Positions 31,880 to 41,272 of a stretch of DNA of 64,000 nt are shown here, one piece after another. Location of the stretch: contig CAVSJV010000005.1 in NCBI GenBank assembly GCA_963728405.1, positions 288,001-352,000 on the forward strand. Reading direction: 5' to 3'. The DNA comes from Methanomassiliicoccaceae archaeon. GTDB lineage: Archaea; Thermoplasmatota; Thermoplasmata; Methanomassiliicoccales; Methanomassiliicoccaceae. Each line of letters begins with the position of its first letter. Within the stretch, counting starts at the first letter, position 1. The notes beneath the pieces are model-generated. The model did not search any database and was not told where the DNA came from. It worked only from the letters and a program-made list of their open reading frames with translations. A program made the position numbers and the translations under genes.

Positions 31880-32988
31880 ATGGGGTCAGGAAAGCGCAAG
31901 ATGGTCGCCATTGCTTTGGTCGCTGTGCTCGTGGTAGCCGGGGCCGCGGTGGTGTTGATGAGTGGAGCAATACGGTCTGCCCAGTACGGCGCGTCAGTGA
32001 CCGACGCCTCGGGGCAGAACCGTCTCGATGAGCAAAATGCCCGAACGCATCGTTTCCTGCTCGCCGGCCATTAGTGAGATCGTCTGCTCGCTCGGCCTCG
32101 GGGACAAGCTGGTAGCGGTGACGTCCTATGACGACTATCCGGCGGAAGCGAGCGCCCTGGTGGCGGAGAACCACACCATCGGCGGGTTCTACACTCCTAA
32201 CTTCGAAAGCATCATCTCCTACGCTCCAGACCTCGTGCTGGTGAACTCCGGAGTGCCGTCGCACCAGAGCTTGGCCCAGCAGCTGAAGGATGCCGGGTAC
32301 ACCGTCATGCAGCTGTACGCCCAGGCTAACCTGGAAGAGGTCTACAAGAGCATCGAGCTGGTCGGCGAGATCTCCGGTAAGAAGGCCAAGGCCACCGAGG
32401 TCATCACCGACATGGAGAACAGGATCTCTGACATAGGTGACAAGGTCGCCTCTGACGCCTACAAGCCCAGCGTCATGTACGTCTCGTACGCCGAGTCCGG
32501 GTTCACCAACGTGTGGCCGTCCGGGGCCGGCACCGCGGTCGACCAGATCATCTCCCTTGCCGGCGGGACGAACGTCTTCGCCGACCAGAACGGATGGATC
32601 AACCCCTCGAACGAAGTGTTCATCGACCGGGCGGCGTCGGTCGACTGCCTGATCATCACCAGCATGTACTCCGGCAGCGACGCTGAGAACATGACCGCGT
32701 TCTTTAAGGCCGACCCCATCTGGAAGAATAGTCCGGCGGTAATCAATAATACGATATATTACCTCCAGGGGCAGGGCGAGAGCATCTTCAACCGGCAGAC
32801 GGTTAGGATGGTCGACGCGGTCCAGTTGATGGCCGAGATCCTGCATCCGACCATCTTCAACTCCACGATCCCTCATGATCCCAGCGGGGTCAACGCTGAT
32901 CGGGGACGAGTACGCGAACTACATCTCCTCGGGGACCTCGTCGCAATCCTCCTCCATGGCAATAGTAGCGACATGCTCGCGCGATTAG
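31880..32988 (+). CDS. btuF: Corrinoid/Fe-siderophore ABC transporter substrate-binding protein (frameshifts near 32020 and 32895)
   Basis: N-terminal TM, VTDASG, PERIVSCSPAISEIVCSLG, NFESIISYAPDLV. Heads the cobalamin operon. Confidence 0.8.
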
Positions 32989-33006
32989 GTGTCTGGGGAA
33001 AACTCA

Positions 33007-34055
33007 ATGGAAGGCTCGATGGTCAGAAGGACACAGGCCAAGCTGCTCCTAGTCCTAGCCATCGGCCTCTTTTCTCTTTTCTTATTGCTCGTGATCTCCT
33101 GGTCGGTCGGTGCGGTGGATATCGATTTCCCATCCGTGCTCGGGCACCTCGGCCATATCATCATCAACCTTGGACCGACCCCCTCCAACCCGCAGGAACA
33201 GATCATCTGGTCCCGCATGGTGCGATCGGTGGCGGTCATCGGCGTAGGTATCGGGCTCTCGGTCTCTGGAGTGGTCATGCAGGCCCTGATCCGGAACCCG
33301 CTCGTAGATCCATACGTGACCGGGGTGTCCTCGGGCGCCGCCTTGGGGGCCATATTGTCCATACTGGCCGGGGTGACGCTTGTGAACGCTGGCCAATTTC
33401 ACCACCCCCCTTGCGGCGTTCGTGGGAGCGATCGCTGCCTTCTTCCTCACCATGACATTGGCGGAGGCGGCGGGGGGCCGCTCCATCAACTTCGTCCTCA
33501 GCGGCATTATCATAGGCATCGCCATCTCTTCGCTCACCACTATCCTCATCGTATCCAGCCAGGACGCCCAGCTGCATGGCGCGTTGTCCTGGCTGTTCGG
33601 CTCGTTCGCCTTCATTTCCTGGAATGAGGCTCTGCTCATCATCATCCCGGTCCTATTGCTCTCGGTCATCATCCTGATGTACGCCCGGGAGCTCAATGTC
33701 ATATTGCTTGGCGACGAGCATGCCCGGCACCTCGGCCTTGAGGTCAGGGCGTTCAAGCGGATGACCGTGCTGATCGTCTCGGTCCTCACCGCCGTCTCGG
33801 TGGCGTTCTGCGGTATCATCGCCTTCCTCGGCCTTATCGTCCCGCACACCGCCCGTATGCTCGTGGGTGGGGATCATCGACTGCTCATCCCGGCATCGAT
33901 GGTGCTGGGGGCGAACTGTCCTACTGGCAGCGGACATATTTTCCCGACTGGCAGTGCGTCCGAACGAGCTCCCCATCGGTGCGGTCATCTCGCTCATCGG
34001 CGCACCGTTCTTCATCTATCTCATGATCAGAAGGGGGAAGGAATATGCCGGATGA
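33007..34055 (+). CDS. btuC: FecCD/BtuC-family ABC permease (frameshifts near 33405 and 33915)
   Basis: MQALIRNPLVDPYVTGVSSGA, GIIAFLGLIVPHTAR, ELPIGAVISLIGAPFF. Confidence 0.85.
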
Positions 34056-34852
34056 ACCTCAGGTATCCATCAGCATCGAGGGCGTCCAGTTCGGCTATAA
34101 TGGCACTGACGTCCTGAAGAAACGTTGAGTTCGTAGGCAGGCCGGGAGAGTTCATCGGTCTCATCGGTCCGAACGGCTCAGGGAAGAGCACGCTCCTGCG
34201 CCTCATCAATGGCCTGCTCAAGCCGAAGATGGGCACCATCATGATGGAAGGCAAGGACCTCGACAAGATGAAGGTCGAGGAGATCGCCAAGGTTTGCGCC
34301 AACGTCCCTACCGAGTTCACCGAGGACTTCAACATGTCCGTCCAGGAGCTTATTTTCCTCGGGAGGTACCCCTTCGCCAAGGGATTGTGGTGGGACAATA
34401 AGGAGGACGAGGGCCTGGTGGTGGAGGCAATGAAGAAGTTCGGCGTCTACTCTCTTAAGGACCGCCGGTTCTCCGAGCTGTCGTCCGGCGAGGCTCAACG
34501 GGTGCTGCTGGCCAAGGCTGTGGTGCAATGTCCTCGAGTGATGCTGGTCGATGAGCCCTCGGCGCACCTGGACCTCAAATATAAACTGGAGGTCATGGAG
34601 CACCTCAGGGATCTGCTCAGCGGTAATGTCACCATCATCATCGCATCGCATGATGTGAACCTTCTGGCCAAGTACTGCGACAAGGTCATGATCCTCTCCA
34701 AGGGTAAGATCGTCGCTTTCGGCCGTCCGGCGGAAGTGATCACCTCGGAGATGGTCGAGCAGGTGTACGGCGTGGAGGTCGTGATCCTAAAGGACGGGGA
34801 CGATATCTATGCCATTCCTAAACGGACGAGAAGGAAGGAGGCTGGAGCATGA
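34045..34852 (+). CDS. btuD: ABC transporter ATP-binding subunit (frameshift near 34120)
   Basis: GPNGSGKS upstream of and in frame with ORF 34229, LSSGEAQRV, VDEPSAHLD, SHD. Confidence 0.85.
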
Positions 34853-35977
34853 GCATGGAGCAGAGGGTTCGTCCCGAGGTGTTGAACATGGCCAGGCCGC
34901 GGCACGGTGGGGACGTGTGGAGCTACGGCAAGGTACGGGACTACAGCTCCAACGTCAACCCTCTCGGAGCTCCCGAGCGGTTGACCGAATATATCGCCGA
35001 GGCGGCCCAGGACCTGACCGATTACCCTGACGACTCATGCGCCGAGCTCAAGGGGGCCATAGCTCTACGCTATTCCGTTCCGGTGGACAACATCATGGTG
35101 GGGGCCGGTTCGGCCGAGCTGATCCGTCTATTCCCCGAAGTGTTCGTCCGCGCGGGCGATAAGGTGATAATGCCCCGGCCGACCTTCTCCGAGTACGGGT
35201 TCGGCTGTCGGCTCATGGGGGCGGACATCATCGATCTCGCCCTCCCCGAGGAGAACGGCTTCCAGATGGACGTAGGGAGCATGGTCAACGCCATCGTTCC
35301 CGGCACCAAGGTCGTTTACGTTTGCAATCCCAACAACCCCACCGCCCGGATGATCTCCCGTAAGGAGGTCATGGAGCTAGTGACCGAGGCCAGTCGCCGG
35401 AACGCCATGGTCTTCCTGGACGAAACGCTGCTGGAGCTGTCCGAGCGGGACCAGGACCTCACCTGCATGGCCGAGGTGGAAGGCCATGACAACATCTTCC
35501 TCATCCGCTCGTTCACCAAATCCTTCGCCATGCCCGGGCTGCGTATCGGCTATGGGTTCGGCAGCAAGGAGATGGTCCGCTACATGGAGGTGGCCCGGCT
35601 GTCCTGGAACCTCGGGACCATCGAGCAGCGCGTTGCAACAAGGCTCATGTCCGAGGAGCAGGAGCACAGTTCGAAAGGCGGTGCGCACACTCGTGGACGA
35701 AAAGCAACGGATGCATGCGGAGGTCTCGCGCATCCTGCCATACCGCATCCCTGTTCCGGACTCGTACTTCTTCTTCAGCCCCGTCCATCCGCTGGGGGTG
35801 ACGTCCACGGAGTTCCGCTCCCGGATGCTCCAGAACAACGTGCTGGTCCGGGACTGTTCCTCTTTCGGTGGGCCATGCGGCCGCTACTCTCGGTTCTGCG
35901 TGAAGACCAAAGAGAAGGACGATGAGTTCCTGCAAGCGTTGCGGAACACGGTCGAGGGCATCGAGGCCGGAAGGTGA
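34849..35977 (+). CDS. cobD: L-threonine-O-3-phosphate decarboxylase (frameshift near 35670)
   Basis: HGGDV, DYSSNVNPLG, CNPNNPT, RSFTKSFAMPGLRIGY, VRDCSSF. Operon context. Confidence 0.88.
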
Positions 35978-35981
35978 GCAT

Positions 35982-36977
35982 GTGGAACTCTGGCTCTATG
36001 CGATCTTCATCCCAGTGGCGGCTTTGGCCATTGACCTGGTGCTGGGGGAGCCGCCCAACCGGTTCCATCCGGTGGTGTGGATGGGGCTGCTCATCGGGTC
36101 CTTGGACCGAGCGGTGAAGAGGGAGAGCCCTCGCCGTCCCCACAAAGAGAAGGCCCTTGGAGTACTGGTGGGCCTGATCCCCATCATCTTTTTCGTTGTT
36201 ACTTTCACCCTGCTCTTAGCGCTATTGCGGGAGTGGCTCGGCATGATCGTGTGGGCCGTGGGTTGCGCGGTGCTGTTCAAGACGCTGTTCGCCATCCGGG
36301 CGCTGGAAACGCACACCGCCCCGATGATCGATGATCTCAAGAACAATGATCTAGATGCCGCCAGGAGGAAGGCATCGATGGTCGTGTCGAGGGACGTCAG
36401 CAAGCTGGACAAGGCGCACATAACCTCCTGCGCAGTGGAGACCATATCGGAGAACCTGGTCGATTCCGTTCTTTCTCCCATGTTCTATTTCGGGCTCGCC
36501 GGCATCCCGGGAGCTACGTTCCTGAGGGTCTCCAACACCGAGGACGGTATGGTCGGCTACCTTAGCGAGAAGCACCGTAACGTCGGATGGTTCTCCGCCC
36601 GCCTGGACGACTGCATGCACTATGTGGTAGCGCGTCTATCCCTTCCGTTCATCATGCTCGCCTTGGCCATCCTGGGCAAGGATTGGAAGAACGCCTGGCG
36701 CACGGCCCTGCGGGACCGGAAGCAGACCTCCTCGCCGAACAAGGGTTGGCCCATGGCCGCGGTGGCCGGGGGCCTGCACGTCAAGTTCGAGAAGATCGGC
36801 TATTACTCCATGGGCGACGGGGATGTACCCACCAACCCGGACACGATCCGCGATACCCTGCGGGTGATGAAACTGACCGCCGGACTGTTCTTCGTCCTGG
36901 TCCTGCTTCCTTTATTTGTGTTCATGGGCATACATGTCCAGCTATTCCTGGAGAACGCGCTGCTGGGTCTGATCTGA
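35982..36977 (+). CDS. cbiB: Adenosylcobinamide-phosphate synthase
   Basis: GEPPNRFHPVVWMG, VSRD, VETISENLVDS, DGMVGY, ARLDD, SPNKGWPMAAVAG. GTG start after a GGTGA SD. Confidence 0.9.
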   Translation: MELWLYAIFIPVAALAIDLVLGEPPNRFHPVVWMGLLIGSLDRAVKRESPRRPHKEKALGVLVGLIPIIFFVVTFTLLLALLREWLGMIVWAVGCAVLFKTLFAIRALETHTAPMIDDLKNNDLDAARRKASMVVSRDVSKLDKAHITSCAVETISENLVDSVLSPMFYFGLAGIPGATFLRVSNTEDGMVGYLSEKHRNVGWFSARLDDCMHYVVARLSLPFIMLALAILGKDWKNAWRTALRDRKQTSSPNKGWPMAAVAGGLHVKFEKIGYYSMGDGDVPTNPDTIRDTLRVMKLTAGLFFVLVLLPLFVFMGIHVQLFLENALLGLI

Positions 36978-36983
36978 GGTGTG

Positions 36984-38130
36984 ATGATGGAGTTCGATGT
37001 CAAGGTCGAGATGGGAGAATATCTAGGAAAGCCGGTGGCCATGGTGCGCCTGCCCGGGCGGTACCGGGTCCTGAGCTCGACCATCATGGGCGGCGGGTTC
37101 GTGGAGACCGACACGATCTTCATCCTGGAGGTCAAACTTGGTTATGATAACTGCCGACCGGAGGAGGACCTCGAGAAGGTGGTCCAGATGTACGGTCTAC
37201 CGGCGGACAGCGTGGGATTCATGACCGCTGCCGACGTCAAGCGGGTGCTCACGGTAAAGAGGGACGAGCTGAACGGCAAACGGGTCATCGTCATCGTCAC
37301 CGCCGGCGTCACCAACGCCGTTTTTGCCGGGGAGCGGCTTCCCCAGGAGCTTATCGACCTGTTGCCCAAGCATGTGGCGGGGACCATCAACATAGTGGCC
37401 GTGCTCGACGCGCCATTGCAGGACTGCGGACTGGCTGGCGGCATAATAGCCATGACCGAGGCCAAGAGCGCCTCCCTCATGGACATGGGCATCAAGGGCA
37501 CGGGGACGACCAGCGATGCGGTGGCCATCGCCTGCCCGGTGGGCAATGGGGACAAGTACTGCGGTCCGGCGACGGATGCGGGAATGGTCATGGCCCGGAC
37601 CGTCCGCGAGGCGGTCAGTGAATCGATCCGCAAGTGGAATGGCAACTGCAAGAATGCCCGCGACTTCATCTACCGCCTGGACGAGCTGGGCATAGGGTTG
37701 GAGGAGATGTGGGGGGCGGCTTTAGGCCTATACTGTCCCGGACCCCACCTGGGACACCGAGATGATCAAGGCCCGGTTCATGAAGCACCTCAGCGTGCTG
37801 AGGAAGGACATCAACGTCAACGCCATGATGTACGCGGCCATCAACATGGAGGACATGGGGAACCGCGACGAAATGTTCGGCCTGGACCACGGCAGGTTCC
37901 ACCAGGACCCCGTGCACCTGGTGGCCGACGAGCTGCTGGGTATCGCGCTGGCCGAGTATATCGCCGGTACAAAGGGCTTGTTCGAGTACGTGCGCTATGA
38001 CAAGAAGAAGCCCGGCATCTTGGGAACGCTGGGGCCGTTCCTTGATGATATCGTCGCCTCCCTGATCGGATCGGTCATGTCGAGGATATACACCGAACTG
38101 CTGGAGAGTGAGGATAAATTAGGCTCCTGA
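36984..38130 (+). CDS. cbiS: Bifunctional adenosylcobinamide amidohydrolase (CbiZ) / alpha-ribazole-phosphate phosphatase (CobZ) fusion (frameshift near 37735)
   Basis: CbiZ motifs GFMTAA, VTAGVTN, GTINI, TEAK and TGTTSDA run without a stop into the CobZ domain (DINV, DPVHLVADELLG, GTKGLFEYVRYDKKKPGIL, GPFLDD). Confidence 0.82.
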
Positions 38131-38903
38131 GGGCGATCAAGACCCAGTTCTCGCTGTTCACGATCGTACCGGCCGATGTGTCCGGAGAGGACGTCGACGA
38201 TCTGTCGAAGAACTTTTGGCTGGTGCCGATCGTCGGCCTGTTCTACGGCCTGGTGGCCGGATCCCTATTCTACGTTTCTGACAAGAAACGTTCAACGGTT
38301 TGGTCTCGGCCATCATCGTCATACTGGTCGTACACATCCTGAACCGCTTCCTGCACTTCGACGGCCTTATCGACCTTGGCGATGGATTGGTGGCTACTGG
38401 GACTCCGGAAAAGAAGCTGGCGGCGATGAAGGATACGCGGGTTGGGGCCGGAGGGGTCAGCTATGGCATCCTTTTCAGCCTGCTCATCATCGCCTCTCTG
38501 GCCTCGCTTCCGAGCTATCTGTTCTTTATACCTGTGGCCATGGAGGTCCTGGCCAAGAACTCCCTGCTGACGGTGGCCGCGTTCGGCAAGGAACGGGAAG
38601 GGCTGGGTAGTCCGTTCGTAAAGAGCACCGAGCCCTCTTCAGCCGTCGCCTCGGCCCTGCTCTCGTTCGCTCTCCTGCTTCCATTCGCCCTGGTGACGGT
38701 CAACCTAGGCAGTATCGATGGGGCCAAGTTGCTCGTTGTCATCATCGCCATGCTCATGGCCAGCGTCGCTCGTGGGTTGGCTCATGTCAAAGGTGGCCCA
38801 TCGCAACTTCGGTTGCGTCAACGGCGATGTGATGGGCGCCACCAACGAGCTGGCCAAGGCTGCGGTCCTGCTGACCGCGCTGGCGGTGCTGGCTTGGATC
38901 TAG
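38118..38903 (+). CDS. cobS: Adenosylcobinamide-GDP ribazoletransferase (frameshifts near 38275 and 38770; non-canonical start)
   Basis: LRAIKTQFSLFTIVP N-terminus, LHFDGLIDLGDG, AMKDTRVGAGG, FGCVNGDVMGATNE. Confidence 0.87.
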
Positions 38904-39520
38904 TCGATGCCTTGGTAACCGCCGGGGGGAAGGGGACCAGGATGAGGGACGTGGAGGGTGAGAAACCCCTGCAACCCATACTGGGAAGGCCGATGATCGA
39001 CTGGGTGCTGGATGCTCTCAGATCCTCGGAACGGACCGGTCGGATATGCGTCTCCGTGAGCGACAACGCGCCCCGGACCAGGGAGTATCTGGCGCAAAAA
39101 GGCATCAGGGTCGTGGAGACCTCCGGTACCGGCTACGTCCCCGACCTGAACCAGGCCTTGGGTCATCTCCAGGCCCATGATGTTCTGATCTGCCCCGCCG
39201 ACATGCCGCTCATCACCGGCCAGGGGATCGATGCGGTCCTCTCATCCTACCGAAACTACGATGCTGCCTCCCTTTCGGTGGCGGTCCCTTCGAGCATAGT
39301 GCGGTCTCTGGGTGCGGTGCCTTCCTTCACCCTCGAGGTGGAAGGTCGTGAGGTCGTGCTGTGCGGTGTTAGTGTTGTTGACCGCGAACAGATGCTCACC
39401 GAGAAGATGCTCAGCCAGGGTTACATGATCACGGAGAACGAACAGTTCGCTCTGAACGTGAACGCCCGCGAGGACCTGAAACGTGCGGAGCAGATCCTGA
39501 GTCGCCGCTCGATGCTTTGA
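38894..39520 (+). CDS. cobY: Adenosylcobinamide-phosphate guanylyltransferase
   Basis: ALVTAGGKGTRM, EKP, GYVPDL, PADMP, LNVN. TTG start. Confidence 0.85.
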   Translation: MDLVDALVTAGGKGTRMRDVEGEKPLQPILGRPMIDWVLDALRSSERTGRICVSVSDNAPRTREYLAQKGIRVVETSGTGYVPDLNQALGHLQAHDVLICPADMPLITGQGIDAVLSSYRNYDAASLSVAVPSSIVRSLGAVPSFTLEVEGREVVLCGVSVVDREQMLTEKMLSQGYMITENEQFALNVNAREDLKRAEQILSRRSML

Positions 39521-39624
39521 ACTGAACGAGTTCGGTCCATGCTAAATTGGAGTCGATGGTTCTATCGTTTCGCGCACAGCACCGAGGGGAACAATCGGGA
39601 AACATCCTCCTTGAAACGGACACC

Positions 39625-40310
39625 TAGGGACCTATGCCCGTAGTGCTCATGGTGGCCTCTGTTGAGAGCTTGATGTCCTCCTCAAAGATATTCCTCTGTT
39701 GTTCTGCGAGCTCTTTGTCGTAGATGGCCGCATCGGTCTCGAAATTCAGGCGGAAGCTGCGGATATCTCAATTGGCCGTACCTATGGAGGAGACGAGGTC
39801 ATCGACCGTCGCCGTCTTGGCATGGATGAGGCCATTGTCGTAGGTGTAGGTCCGGACCCTCGCATCGAGCAGGTCGGCGATATAGGAATAACTGGCCCAG
39901 TACACGAAGGGATGATCGGGCATACGGGGGAACATGATGCGAACGTCGACCCCCGACAAGGCGGCGACGCGAAGAGCGTCCTGGACGCTCTGGTCCGGGA
40001 TAAAATATGGCGTTTGCAGGAAGATGTGCCCCTTGGCGATGCCGATGAGCTTCAGTAGTCCTCCTTGATGGGGGTCCATCTGTGGTCCGGTCCGCCGCTG
40101 ACAACGTGGATCGTGGACCTGCCGTGGCCTGGAATGCCGAGAAAGTATGCGCCGTCATGAGGGATATTTTCCTTGGTGGCGGAGTTCCAATCCTGGAGGA
40201 AGCGGAACTGCAGTGCCTTGACCCCTGGCCCTTTGATCCCTACTGCGATCGCGCCAGAAGCCCGGGGGCCCTTTCCCCAGATATTCGTCTCCGATGTTGA
40301 AACCGCCAAG
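39625..40310 (-). pseudogene. cls: Cardiolipin synthase C-terminal relic
   Basis: LQFRFLQDW, SGGPD, QTPYFIPD, HAKT..VDD..SIGTAN*DIRSFRLNFE. In-frame TGA at 39768, frameshifts, and the N-terminal half with the first HKD motif is missing. Confidence 0.75.
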
Positions 40311-40450
40311 GAAGCACGAGCTGTTTCAGGTCGATGGCCATGACGGCTAACTAGTAATTATTACCAATGGCATGGTAAAAAAACTGGCGGTCCCCGGGGA
40401 TGGCAGTATCGAAGGAAACAAATACCCTGAGACGTCAATGAAAATGGTAG

Positions 40451-41272
40451 ATGAAGCCTGGATTGAGGGTCATGCGTACCATTACCACGGTCTGGACCCT
40501 TCTAATCTTTGTCCTGATCGGACTAATGCTCCTCCCCGTCGTTCCAGGCGTGGTCCAGGTGAGTCTCCCCCCATCGGAAAGTTGGGTCACCTCTATTGAC
40601 AACCAGACGGTCACGATGACCAATAATGTGAGCATCCGCAACGGCGGCCTCTATCCGTTCTCCGACCTATTCTTCGTCGTCGATCTCTACGGCGACAATG
40701 GCTCCACCTTGGCTAAGTTCAGCTCCGCCCCGACCAATCTGCCCTCGAATACTTGGGTCCAGATCCCCCTCACCTTCGAGATCAACCGGTCGAACATCGA
40801 GAACAACAGACTGCGCGACATACTTTTCGAAAAGGTGACCTTCGGCGGCCTGATCTACTTCAATGCGAAGTACCTGCTCGATTTCCGAGCCCAGCTGGGC
40901 GTCAACGGCTCCATTGCCCTGGGTCCGGTCATCAAACCGGCGAGCTTTGACATCAATAGGACTACCATGTCCCTGGTCGGGGACAATGCCACCCTGACCC
41001 TACCTTCATCGATCAACTCTACCCTTCTGGGAAGCCATAACCTGAGCATCTCTGGCACCATAAGCAATGATACTCAAGAACTCGGGGCTTTCAATCAGAG
41101 CTACGTTCCGGGGCAGGCCCAGAACAATTTGACGGTTAATCTCTCCAGAGCAGCCTATGATCACTTGACCACATCCAGTGATCATCTGATAATAAATGCG
41201 ACCGTGACCCTGGATACCTTTGTCTGGACCTACCAGACCGAGCGTGACTGGCAACCGCCCACGGCCAGGTGA
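40451..41272 (+). CDS. Membrane-anchored extracellular beta-rich protein (LEA2/Ig-like, sequon-dense)
   Basis: N-terminal TM and 14 N-X-S/T sequons in 273 aa. Stop overlaps the next start (GTGA). Confidence 0.7.
   Translation: MKPGLRVMRTITTVWTLLIFVLIGLMLLPVVPGVVQVSLPPSESWVTSIDNQTVTMTNNVSIRNGGLYPFSDLFFVVDLYGDNGSTLAKFSSAPTNLPSNTWVQIPLTFEINRSNIENNRLRDILFEKVTFGGLIYFNAKYLLDFRAQLGVNGSIALGPVIKPASFDINRTTMSLVGDNATLTLPSSINSTLLGSHNLSISGTISNDTQELGAFNQSYVPGQAQNNLTVNLSRAAYDHLTTSSDHLIINATVTLDTFVWTYQTERDWQPPTAR

Noticed and set aside
30696-32876. 726-aa minus-strand ORF
   Set aside because: Antisense shadow of ilvE and btuF in GC-rich DNA, with no recognisable motifs.
38300-39520. Apparent CobS-CobY fusion (406-aa ORF)
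   Set aside because: Produced by the frameshift near 38770. The CobS C-terminus lies in ORF 38718-38903 and CobY has its own TTG at 38894.
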